32,000 bases of DNA from an uncultured Gammaproteobacteria bacterium. Its GTDB lineage: Bacteria > Patescibacteriota > Microgenomatia > UBA1406 > GWC2-37-13. The stretch lies in NCBI GenBank assembly GCA_964629635.1, contig CAZVQS010000002.1:43644-75643 (forward strand). The letters are read 5' to 3'. The notes under the pieces are model-generated. The model did not search any database. It saw only the letters and a program-made list of their open reading frames with translations, and was not told the origin of the DNA. A program made the translations under genes and the position numbers. How positions within the stretch are numbered: the first letter of the stretch is position 1; the number at the start of each line of letters is the position of its first letter. Of the stretch, positions 7,795 through 15,523 are shown piece after piece.

Positions 7795-7826
7795 TATAGT
7801 AAATAAGATCCAGTTTCAATATCTTC

Positions 7827-7858
7827 TTGACATTCATTATCTTATCTCATAAGATAAT
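7827..7858 (+). promoter_or_regulatory. marR-family gene promoter with a palindromic operator
   Basis: TTGACA (7827-7832), 17-nt spacer, TAAGAT (7850-7855), then 6 nt to the ATG at 7862. A perfect inverted repeat, ATTATCTTAT-CTC-ATAAGATAAT (7836-7858), overlaps the spacer and -10 box. Confidence 0.55.
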
Positions 7859-7861
7859 AGT

Positions 7862-8305
7862 ATGAATACCTCAAAACAAATGATGTTGAATCAATTTATG
7901 CAATCCTTGATGAGGATTCGCCGTATTGCTGAACAGTCATTCATTGTTCCCATAAAAGATGGAAGTGTTACGTTACTTCAAAATCAAGCTCTTCTCCACT
8001 TGAAAGATCATCCAGGTTGTACGGTAGGTGAGCTTTCGGCAAAATTAGGACTTTCATCTTCCTCCGCAGCTCAGCTAATCGAAAGATTAATAAATTTAGA
8101 TGCAATAAAGAAGACGCTAGATGAAGATGATCGTCGAATTACCCACCTCTCACTTACAAAAAAAGGCCATGACCAAACGGAGGTAGCTCACAGTATGTTA
8201 GCAGAGAAAGTTGGGAATGTTTTTTCACAGATGCCTGAGGAGGATTTAAAGGAAGTCGTTCGTATTTTTACCAATTTTCTCAAAAAAATAGAGAAACAGA
8301 AATAG
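7862..8305 (+). CDS. MarR family transcriptional regulator
   Basis: 147 aa with a winged-HTH region TVGELSAKLGLSSSSAAQLIERLINLDAIKK...DDRRITHLSLTKKG. Confidence 0.8.
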   Translation: MNTSKQMMLNQFMQSLMRIRRIAEQSFIVPIKDGSVTLLQNQALLHLKDHPGCTVGELSAKLGLSSSSAAQLIERLINLDAIKKTLDEDDRRITHLSLTKKGHDQTEVAHSMLAEKVGNVFSQMPEEDLKEVVRIFTNFLKKIEKQK

Positions 8306-8306
8306 A

Positions 8307-9245
8307 ATGAAAAAAATAGTAATAATAATATTTCTTTTAATTGTGGGATTATTTGTGATAAGAATGATAATTCTCAAAAAACCCAGCACAGAGATACTGT
8401 ACACGATAATAAAAGAGGACTTGGTAGAAACTGTACAGGTAAGCGGTACATTTAATAAAACTGCATCTGATGAGGAAAAGGCTCTTGCATATCTTAATTA
8501 CCAAAATGCAATAAGTGCTGTTAAAACAAGTCAACAAAACAAACTTGCTGCAGATGCGGCTATGTGGACAAAACAGAAGGCTTTACTAGATGCGCAAAAT
8601 GGCGTTGATTATAAGAATAATAACACTACCAATACTATAACGAAAAAAGACTATACAGATTTGGAGAAATATAGCATCGATGGTACGCTAACTCAGGCAC
8701 AAAAAGATTTTTTAGCATCGGAAACAAAATATAAAGAAGCAGACATTGCTATCGGAGCGGCAAATGCTCAGGTTGCAGCAACACAGATTGCCTATGAAGA
8801 TACATTTCTCAATGAGCCCGTTATATCAGCAGACATCAATGAAATGTATTTGCCACGAATATCTATCGGTCAAAAAACAAAAATAATCTTTGACGCATTT
8901 AATAATCAAACAGTGACGGGACTTGTTAAAAGTATTGATACCATAGGAGCAGTGAAAGGAGGAGTTGTCACATATGAAATAAAGGTTTCACTGGATACAA
9001 TTCCATCCGGGGTACGGGCAAATATGACTGCGCTTATTACGATAGAGACGCTCCGTAAAAACAGTATTCTTTCAGTTCCAAATAGTGCCATTATTGCCAA
9101 AAACAATAAAAGCTATGTTGAACAGATAGTAAAACAAAAGAAAAATGAAGTAGAGGTAAGCACGGGGGTAAAAGGTTTAGTCAAAACTGAAATTATAAAA
9201 GGACTGGGTGAAAAGGATGTGATTGTTGCAAACCCAAATGATTAA
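8307..9245 (+). CDS. HlyD/MacA-like periplasmic adaptor (membrane fusion) protein
   Basis: N-terminal TM segment, long coiled-coil-like central region, C-terminal beta-barrel-like segment. Positioned directly upstream of an FtsX permease and ABC ATPase. Confidence 0.65.
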   Translation: MKKIVIIIFLLIVGLFVIRMIILKKPSTEILYTIIKEDLVETVQVSGTFNKTASDEEKALAYLNYQNAISAVKTSQQNKLAADAAMWTKQKALLDAQNGVDYKNNNTTNTITKKDYTDLEKYSIDGTLTQAQKDFLASETKYKEADIAIGAANAQVAATQIAYEDTFLNEPVISADINEMYLPRISIGQKTKIIFDAFNNQTVTGLVKSIDTIGAVKGGVVTYEIKVSLDTIPSGVRANMTALITIETLRKNSILSVPNSAIIAKNNKSYVEQIVKQKKNEVEVSTGVKGLVKTEIIKGLGEKDVIVANPND

Positions 9246-10521
9246 TAGGTTATTCAAGACAAATAAATCTTTTGAGGTTGGGTTTTTTCTTGCTGTTTCC
9301 GATATTAAACGGAGCAATCCCTGGACTACCGGCTTGATTATTTTTGTAATGATGCTTACGTTTTTTAATATGATTCTCCTGAATGGGATATTGATTGGAC
9401 TTGCTCAAGGAATGACGGGAACGTTCAAACTATACTATGCATCTGATGTGCTCATTACCCCCTCATTAAACAAAAAGAGCATAGAAGATACAAATATGAT
9501 TTTAGCGGTTATTGACAGTTTGCCAACAGTAAAAAATGTTACTGCTCGGTATACCGGTCAGGCAACTCTTGAATACGGGTATCAAACAAAACTTAAGGAA
9601 TCTGATAGTGCAGAAAGCGTGAATTCATTACTAGTAGGGATAAATCCAGAGAAAGAAAATAAAGTAACCCACCTGTCTCAAATGATTGTTGCAGGACAGT
9701 ATCTTGAACCAACTGATATGGATGCGGTAGTTCTTGGATCTGATTTAATTTCAAAATATACAACAGCCAGAGGATCTTCGGAGTCTGATGGGAGTAAGAT
9801 ATTAAAAACCGCAGATGTTGGTTCAAAACTTAGATTGACTGTGAACAATATTCAAAAAGACGTTGTGATTAAGGGAGTTGTAAGTACTAATAATTCGACT
9901 GTTGATAGTCGCATATATATGACAGAAACGGCGGCAAGACAGTTATTTGATAGGAAAGGGCTTAACGTAAACGAAATAGCAATTACACTAACAGACAATT
10001 CGTCTGATGCTGCTGCAAAATCCTATATTAAAAATAATTTGAATGACGCAAGTAATGTGTTAATTCAAACATCAAAAGAAGCAATCCCGAGTGGAATTAG
10101 TCAAATGATTAAAACCTTTACCCTCCTTGGAGTTATGGTAGCTGCAATTGCTCTGTTTGTTGGAGCGATCACTATATTTATAGTGATCTATGTCAATGCA
10201 ATAACTCGACGTAAATTTATTGGGATTCTTAAAGCAGTTGGAGTTCCAAGTAGTGCAATAGAAATTTCCTACATATTTCAGGCTCTTTTCTATGCAATTT
10301 TTGGAATTATTATTGCAAGTATTCTCCTCTTGGGATTTCTCACTCCCTATTTTATTCTGCATCCTATACATTATCCTGTGGGAACGGGATCACTTGCGAT
10401 TACCCTAAATGATGTTTTGACTCGGGCAATTATTTTGTTGATTACCGCCTTTATTTCTGGACTAGTTCCAGCTTGGCTTGTTACGAAGCAAAATACTTTA
10501 GATGCAATTTTAGGAAGATAA
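9223..10521 (+). CDS. ABC transporter permease, FtsX/MacB-like
   Basis: One N-terminal TM segment, a large extracytoplasmic domain, then a C-terminal FtsX-type 3-TM bundle (ITRRKFIGILKAVGVPSSAIE). The start is uncertain: TTG at 9223 with AAGGA upstream, or ATG at 9238. Confidence 0.75.
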   Translation: MLQTQMINRLFKTNKSFEVGFFLAVSDIKRSNPWTTGLIIFVMMLTFFNMILLNGILIGLAQGMTGTFKLYYASDVLITPSLNKKSIEDTNMILAVIDSLPTVKNVTARYTGQATLEYGYQTKLKESDSAESVNSLLVGINPEKENKVTHLSQMIVAGQYLEPTDMDAVVLGSDLISKYTTARGSSESDGSKILKTADVGSKLRLTVNNIQKDVVIKGVVSTNNSTVDSRIYMTETAARQLFDRKGLNVNEIAITLTDNSSDAAAKSYIKNNLNDASNVLIQTSKEAIPSGISQMIKTFTLLGVMVAAIALFVGAITIFIVIYVNAITRRKFIGILKAVGVPSSAIEISYIFQALFYAIFGIIIASILLLGFLTPYFILHPIHYPVGTGSLAITLNDVLTRAIILLITAFISGLVPAWLVTKQNTLDAILGR

Positions 10522-10523
10522 CT

Positions 10524-11195
10524 ATGATTATTGTAAACAATATAGTGAAAAAATTTAAGATGGGTACGGTTGAGAGTATCGTATTAAAAGGAATAAACTT
10601 TACTGTGCCTAAAGGACAGTTTCTTGCAATTACTGGGAGATCAGGATCTGGGAAAAGTACACTTCTCTATCAATTGGGACTTCTAGATCACCCGACTGAA
10701 GGCTCAATCACTATCAATGATGAGGTGGTAACAAACCTGTATGGTTCAAAACGAATTGAATTTCGTCGAAAAAATCTCGGATATATTTTCCAGGATTATG
10801 CAATCCTTCCAACGCTTACTGCTAAGGAAAATGTCATTCTACCTATGATGATGGGAGATGATGCTAAAAATAGCATTGAACAAAGGGCAAAAGAGGCATT
10901 GGAAAAAGTTGGTTTAGAGAAGCAGATTAATAATCTACCTTCTCAACTATCAGGAGGTGAACAGCAGCGAGTAGGTATTGCTCGGGCAATTGCACACAAT
11001 CCTAGTATTATCTTTGCTGACGAGCCAACAGCTAACCTTGATACTGAATCTTCAAAGGTCGTACTAGATATTTTTCTTAAGCTGAATAATGAGGGACAAA
11101 CCATCATCATGGTTACTCATGAACCCGAGTATGCAAAATTAGCAGACCGGATAATTGAAATTAGCGATGGAAAGATAATTTCCGACAAAAAATAG
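10524..11195 (+). CDS. ABC transporter ATP-binding protein (MacB/LolD-like)
   Basis: Walker A GRSGSGKST, signature LSGGEQQR, Walker B IIFADEPT. The ATG at 10524 is preceded by AGGAAG; the longer listed ORF (10473) overlaps the permease. Confidence 0.9.
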   Translation: MIIVNNIVKKFKMGTVESIVLKGINFTVPKGQFLAITGRSGSGKSTLLYQLGLLDHPTEGSITINDEVVTNLYGSKRIEFRRKNLGYIFQDYAILPTLTAKENVILPMMMGDDAKNSIEQRAKEALEKVGLEKQINNLPSQLSGGEQQRVGIARAIAHNPSIIFADEPTANLDTESSKVVLDIFLKLNNEGQTIIMVTHEPEYAKLADRIIEISDGKIISDKK

Positions 11196-11224
11196 GTTGT
11201 TGAGATTTCAATTTAAAATAGGTG

Positions 11225-11545
11225 TCAAGCTTTCATCATCGATAATAACATCTTAAATTGTTTATTTGCTTTAAGGGCGTGAGGTTCACCTGCTGGCATA
11301 TGAATAATTTCTCCTGTTTTAACTTTATTGCAAATTCCAGAGATTGTTATTTCTGCTTCGCCATCAACTATGTATACTAAAGCATCATATGGAGTCTTAT
11401 GTTCACTTAATCCCTGTCCTTGAGCAAATGCAAACAGAGTAATGGTCCCTGAATTATTTTTTAAGATTTCTTTACTAACAATGGATCCTTCTTGATAGCT
11501 TATATGTTGATCGAGGGAAAAATGAAATGTTGATGATTTATTCAT
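11225..11545 (-). CDS. cupin domain protein
   Basis: 106 aa. Cupin core: GLSEHKTPYDALVYIVDGEAEITISG...GEIIHMPAGEPHALKA. Confidence 0.7.
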   Translation of the reverse strand: MNKSSTFHFSLDQHISYQEGSIVSKEILKNNSGTITLFAFAQGQGLSEHKTPYDALVYIVDGEAEITISGICNKVKTGEIIHMPAGEPHALKANKQFKMLLSMMKA

Positions 11546-11643
11546 AAATTAAGTATATCAAACCGAGCAAACTGAATAAGAGGCTTAAATGCTGAAGTAG
11601 TTTATGTCAATATAGATTGTCCTGACGCTCTAAATCAATCAAG

Positions 11644-11726
11644 TCCAGGGGGAGGGATTCGAACCCCCGTAGGCATACGCCAGCAGATTTACAGTCTGCC
11701 CCCGTTGGCCACTTGGGTACCCCTGG
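11644..11726 (-). tRNA. tRNA-Tyr (anticodon GUA), type II with a long variable arm; CCA not encoded
   Basis: Hand-folded minus-strand read: CCAGGGG UA CCC AAGUGGCCAAC GGG G GCAGA CUGUAAA UCUGC UGGCGUAUGCCUAC GGGGG UUCGAAU CCCUC CCCCUGG A. A TGn-TATAAT promoter (hexamer at plus-strand 11736-11741) lies 9 nt upstream of the 5' end. Confidence 0.85.
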
Positions 11727-11764
11727 AGTGGATTTATTATAACACAAAACGGAAGGCCGTACCC

Positions 11765-11793
11765 TTGAAAGACATATGCGGGTAAAGTAAAAT
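11765..11793 (+). promoter_or_regulatory. ldh promoter (leaderless geometry)
   Basis: TTGAAA (11765-11770), 17-nt spacer, TAAAAT (11788-11793), then 8 nt to the ATG at 11802. Confidence 0.5.
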
Positions 11794-11801
11794 GAAGGCC
11801 T

Positions 11802-12716
11802 ATGAAAAAAACAAAAGTGGCGGTTGTCGGATGCGGGAGGGTAGGCATTACTGCGGCCTACACGATGTACATAAAAAACACCGCAAACGAAATCATGCTG
11901 TTCGGCCGTGACATCGACAAGCTTATCGGCGAACAGCTCGATTTCATGCACAGCCTTTCCTTCATCGGCACCACCAACATTACGGTGGGCGAGGATTACG
12001 AAAAGCTTGAAAATACCGACGTGGTCGTATTCACGGCAGGCGTTGCGCAGAAGGAAGGCGAGACGCGGCTGGACCTCGTGCGCAACAATACGGAAATCAT
12101 CAGCAAGATGATCCCCCAGATCGTGAAGCATGCGCCTGAGGCGAAGATCATACTCGTATCCAATCCGGTCGATGTGCTTGCCTATAAGGCTGCCGCGATC
12201 GCCGGGCTTCCCCGCGGCCGCGTGTTCGGCAGCGGCACCACCCTTGACACTGCCCGTTTCAGGTACCATCTCTCCGAATTCCTGAAAGTGAATCCGAAAA
12301 GCATTCACGGATACATTCTTGGCGAACACGGCGACAGCTCGTTTCCCACGCTTTCCAGCACCAATGTCGGCGGCCAGCTTATCACTACCATGAAAGGTTT
12401 CTCCCCGGAAAAAGCGATGGAAGCCTATACCAAAGCGCGGGATGCTGCTTATAAAATCATCGCCGCAAAAGGAGCAACATATTACGCGATCGGCGTTGTC
12501 ATCAACCAGCTGGTTGATGCGATCCTCAGCAACGCGAAACGGGTATACCCCCTGTCTATTCCCCTTGAAGGGGAGTACGGACAGTCAGGCGTAGCGCTCA
12601 GCGTACCGTGCGTTCTCGGACGCCACGGCATTGAACGGATACTTGAGATCCCCCTGTCACCGGAAGAAAAGGAAAAGATGGACCATTCCGTGCAGGTGCT
12701 CAAAAAATTCCTCTGA
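11802..12716 (+). CDS. ldh: L-lactate dehydrogenase (LDH/MDH superfamily)
   Basis: Rossmann motif KVAVVGCGRVG. AGVAQKEGETRLDL has Gln at the LDH-type specificity position. Also SNPVD and the GEHGDS catalytic-His region. Confidence 0.85.
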   Translation: MKKTKVAVVGCGRVGITAAYTMYIKNTANEIMLFGRDIDKLIGEQLDFMHSLSFIGTTNITVGEDYEKLENTDVVVFTAGVAQKEGETRLDLVRNNTEIISKMIPQIVKHAPEAKIILVSNPVDVLAYKAAAIAGLPRGRVFGSGTTLDTARFRYHLSEFLKVNPKSIHGYILGEHGDSSFPTLSSTNVGGQLITTMKGFSPEKAMEAYTKARDAAYKIIAAKGATYYAIGVVINQLVDAILSNAKRVYPLSIPLEGEYGQSGVALSVPCVLGRHGIERILEIPLSPEEKEKMDHSVQVLKKFL

Positions 12717-12734
12717 TATAGTACACTTATACAC

Positions 12735-13184
12735 ATGTTCATCCATCCCGTGTATGCACAGTGTCCGGTCTGTGTCGTGACCGTTGGCGGTGGACTCTTT
12801 ATCGCCAAGAAGCTGGGCATAGACGACCTTTTGGTTTCCATCTGGCTTTCCGGCCTCAACACCGCATTCGCGTTCTGGTTTGCGTCCATGATGAAAAACA
12901 GGATACTGAAAAACGGCTACGGCTGGGCTATTTCATTTTTCGTGCTCACCCTCGGGTACCTGGCCATGTCCGGACAGACCGGCCACCCGGGCAATACGTT
13001 TTTCGGGATCGACAAGACGGTGTTCGGCATGACCTTGGGATTTGCGGTGTCGCTTCTGGCGATAGGAACCGACCGGTTTCTCCGCTCCAAAAACAAGGGG
13101 AAAGTGTTTTTCCCGTACCAGAAAGTGATCGTGCCCCTCATCTATCTTGTTTTCACCAGCGGTCTTTTTATGTTACTCGTTTAG
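12735..13184 (+). CDS. hypothetical multi-pass membrane protein with an N-terminal CxxC motif
   Basis: 149 aa. CPVC near the N-terminus, followed by about four hydrophobic segments. No family recognised. Confidence 0.55.
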   Translation: MFIHPVYAQCPVCVVTVGGGLFIAKKLGIDDLLVSIWLSGLNTAFAFWFASMMKNRILKNGYGWAISFFVLTLGYLAMSGQTGHPGNTFFGIDKTVFGMTLGFAVSLLAIGTDRFLRSKNKGKVFFPYQKVIVPLIYLVFTSGLFMLLV

Positions 13185-13200
13185 ACAATACGCAGGCAAT

Positions 13201-13737
13201 ATGGCGCAATCCGATATACAGTCATTCATGGACAAAATCAAGAAAATGGAGCAGGGACACAAGCTCGATCTTTCATCAGGCGAGGACCTGTCGATTGCAA
13301 TCATGAACCTCATTTCGATCGAAGAGCACCTCTTTTTTTCCGGCAGCAAGACCGGCGAAACAAAGTATTTTGACCTTCTGGATGAAGTGCGCAGGATGCG
13401 CGTATCGCTTTTGAAGGAGATAATAAAGGAATACGAAGGCGAAGTATGGTGTATCAGCAAACATCTCCTAGCCGCGTCCATGCGCGTCATGGAAGTGGGA
13501 ACCAAAGCCTTGAAAAACGGGGATAAGGAGAAAGCCGCGGAGTATTTCAGGAAGTCGTATGATCTTTATAATCTGTTCTGGGGGCTCAATCTCGGTATCG
13601 TGAAGCCGGGCGAGATGAAAAAAACGGGAGAACCGCCCCGCGAAAAGCCTATTGCATATCGGGATGAAAAAGGGACGTCGCTGCTTGGTAAAATGGGAGT
13701 GATGATCGGCAAGGTGCTTGACTGCTGCCGCGAATAA
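13201..13737 (+). CDS. hypothetical soluble protein (178 aa) ending in a CC motif
   Basis: The ATG at 13201 is preferred over the listed 13147 start, which overlaps the previous gene. Predicted helical; C-terminus is ...VLDCCRE. The stop is 4 nt before hypC. Confidence 0.55.
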   Translation: MAQSDIQSFMDKIKKMEQGHKLDLSSGEDLSIAIMNLISIEEHLFFSGSKTGETKYFDLLDEVRRMRVSLLKEIIKEYEGEVWCISKHLLAASMRVMEVGTKALKNGDKEKAAEYFRKSYDLYNLFWGLNLGIVKPGEMKKTGEPPREKPIAYRDEKGTSLLGKMGVMIGKVLDCCRE

Positions 13738-13741
13738 ACCT

Positions 13742-13912
13742 ATGTGTTTCCTTATACCCCGCAAGGTGCAAAAAATCCAAGGTAAGAAAGCGCTCCTGTC
13801 AAACGGCTTATGGGCGCTCATGGATCCGCAGGCAGGTATAATAAAAGAAGGGGACGAAGTCCTCGTATTCGGGAATTTAATAATTGGCCATGCTCATGAA
13901 AAATCAAAATAA
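13742..13912 (+). CDS. hypC: HypC/HupF-family hydrogenase assembly chaperone (short form, 56 aa)
   Basis: Starts MCFLIPRKVQKI (Met-Cys N-terminus, the C-x-x-I-P-x-K-V pattern of HypC). Contains GDEVLVFGNLII, equivalent to GDxVLVHxG. Hydrogenase genes lie nearby. Confidence 0.65.
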   Translation: MCFLIPRKVQKIQGKKALLSNGLWALMDPQAGIIKEGDEVLVFGNLIIGHAHEKSK

Positions 13913-13913
13913 A

Positions 13914-14789
13914 ATGCAGGGTGTGCTCTGGGCTTTGTTTACCGCAACCGTTTCCGGTTTTGCCATATTCTATTCGAAAGTGTCGGTTGCCAAAATAGAT
14001 CCGCTTGTCCTTGCAACCGCCCGCAACCTGTTTGTCGGATTCGCGTTCGCGTCGCTACTTTTGCTGTCCTCCAAGCTGAGGGAGTTGACGGAGCTGAAAA
14101 AAAGCAGCCTTGCCAAACTTATTCTCATCGGTACCATCGGCGGCAGCATACCGTTTTATCTCTTTTTTACCGGCATCCGGCTCATCGGCGCCCAACAGGC
14201 GAACCTGATCCATAAATCGCTTTTCGTGTGGGTTGCGGTGCTGGCAGCCATTTTTCTCAAGGAGAAAATCAATGTCCGGCATATCGTATCGGGGCTTTTC
14301 ATAATATCCGGAACCTATGTGTTTGCGCCCTTTGGGCTTTCCTTGGGTAGGGGCGAGCTTCTGGTCCTTGCCGCAACACTCATGTGGTCGGTCGAAAACA
14401 TCATCGCAAAAAAAGTCTTGAGGGAAGTATCGTCCGAAACGACCGGTCTCTTCCGCATGGGCTTGGGGGGTCTGGTCCTTTTTCTCCTGACGGTCGTATC
14501 CGGAAAAGCACCGCTTCTTTTCAGTCTTGACCGTACGCAGCTTGCAACCGTAATGATCGGAGGCGGCATCCTGTTTTTCTACGTGTACGGATGGTTCAAG
14601 GCATTGCGGCTTGCACCTGCGAGCCTGGTTACCGCGGTTCTCACCTTCTCCCTGGTTGTCGGAAACCTGTTAAACGGTGCGTTTGCCGGCATGCGGCTGA
14701 CCGCAGGCGACATATACTCAACAGCGCTCGTTGCCGCGGGTGCCTGCCTGGTTGCCGGCTTCGGCATCAAGGAACTGAAACATCAATGA
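13914..14789 (+). CDS. EamA/DMT superfamily transporter
   Basis: About ten hydrophobic segments in two EamA-like halves. The ATG at 13914 (MQGVLWALF...) sits 1 nt after the hypC stop; the listed ORF begins at a TTG (13884). Confidence 0.7.
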   Translation: MQGVLWALFTATVSGFAIFYSKVSVAKIDPLVLATARNLFVGFAFASLLLLSSKLRELTELKKSSLAKLILIGTIGGSIPFYLFFTGIRLIGAQQANLIHKSLFVWVAVLAAIFLKEKINVRHIVSGLFIISGTYVFAPFGLSLGRGELLVLAATLMWSVENIIAKKVLREVSSETTGLFRMGLGGLVLFLLTVVSGKAPLLFSLDRTQLATVMIGGGILFFYVYGWFKALRLAPASLVTAVLTFSLVVGNLLNGAFAGMRLTAGDIYSTALVAAGACLVAGFGIKELKHQ

Positions 14790-15523
14790 TCGACAAACAG
14801 GGTTTGCTCTTGTGCGCGCGCTATTCGGTGGCCCCCAACTATTTCGGATACTGCGGTCCCGGGGAAAATGCCAGCCTGGTCGACCATCTGAAAGAGGGGG
14901 TTGCGGATCCGGAAATGCGGTCCATCCTCAAGGAATTTGAAACCCTGCACCTGTATCTTAAGCTCATTGCCCGCGAAAACGGGATAGAAGATGCGTTTGA
15001 CCGGCGGGTCGTTGACGCGTACTGGGTCGGTAACGGGCTTTTGGACCGCGTTGGAAACGGCGATTATGCGGCATTGCTTGATGAGAAGTTCCATATCGGC
15101 CGGAAACTGGAGCATAAAGCGTACGGACTACTGAAACACAAAGTCCTTACCCGCCGCCTGTATCCGCACCACTCCTTCCACGTGTTCAATATTTTCAAAC
15201 GCACCGGCCATGACCCCGCATTTCATACCCTCAAAACGATGGACGAATGCCGTATCGGATGGGGGAAAGTCGTTAAAACCGCTCCGGATTCGGTTACCTG
15301 CAGGACGCGCCCCCTTGTGTTCACGGACAACCGGCTGGGTTTCGGGCGGGCGGTCGAGCGTACCCTGCATAGGGAATACCGGGGCAAGCAAATTTTGGAC
15401 AGGGTGAAAGTCGGGGATTGGGTCAGTTTCCACTGGGGGCATGTGTGCGATATCATTTCGCCGAAGCAGGTCGCGTCGCTGAAAGCGTATACGGTCCGAG
15501 CTGTCGATTATTTCAACTCATGA
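14786..15523 (+). CDS. hypothetical protein with a C-terminal HypC-like domain (245 aa)
   Basis: The ATG at 14786 overlaps the EamA stop (ATGA). The N-terminal ~150 aa is unrecognised (ARYSVAPNYFGYCGPGEN). The C-terminal ~90 aa, ECRIGWGKVVK...VGDWVSFHWGHVCDIISPKQVASLKAY, parallels the HypC pattern MC-IGVPGQI...VGxWVLVHVGFA. Confidence 0.55.
   Translation: MIDKQGLLLCARYSVAPNYFGYCGPGENASLVDHLKEGVADPEMRSILKEFETLHLYLKLIARENGIEDAFDRRVVDAYWVGNGLLDRVGNGDYAALLDEKFHIGRKLEHKAYGLLKHKVLTRRLYPHHSFHVFNIFKRTGHDPAFHTLKTMDECRIGWGKVVKTAPDSVTCRTRPLVFTDNRLGFGRAVERTLHREYRGKQILDRVKVGDWVSFHWGHVCDIISPKQVASLKAYTVRAVDYFNS

Larger units (their letters stand above)
6075..11643. other. low-GC genomic island adjoining the 3' end of tRNA-Tyr (no integrase seen)
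   Basis: There is an abrupt composition change: sample lines are about one third GC inside and more than half outside. Some island genes use Shine-Dalgarno sites that backbone genes lack. The right edge is the 3' end of the tRNA at 11644. Confidence 0.6.

Noticed and set aside
6099-11625. Short direct repeat TGTCCT[A/G]A near both island ends (6099-6106 and 11618-11625) as possible att sites
   Set aside because: It matches at only 7 of 8 positions, which is well within chance for a 5.5-kb interval. It has no similarity to the tRNA 3' end.
11607-12329. 240-aa minus-strand ORF spanning the tRNA-Tyr gene and the 5' half of ldh
   Set aside because: It runs through a tRNA gene and is antisense to a well-supported LDH gene. 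It is spurious.
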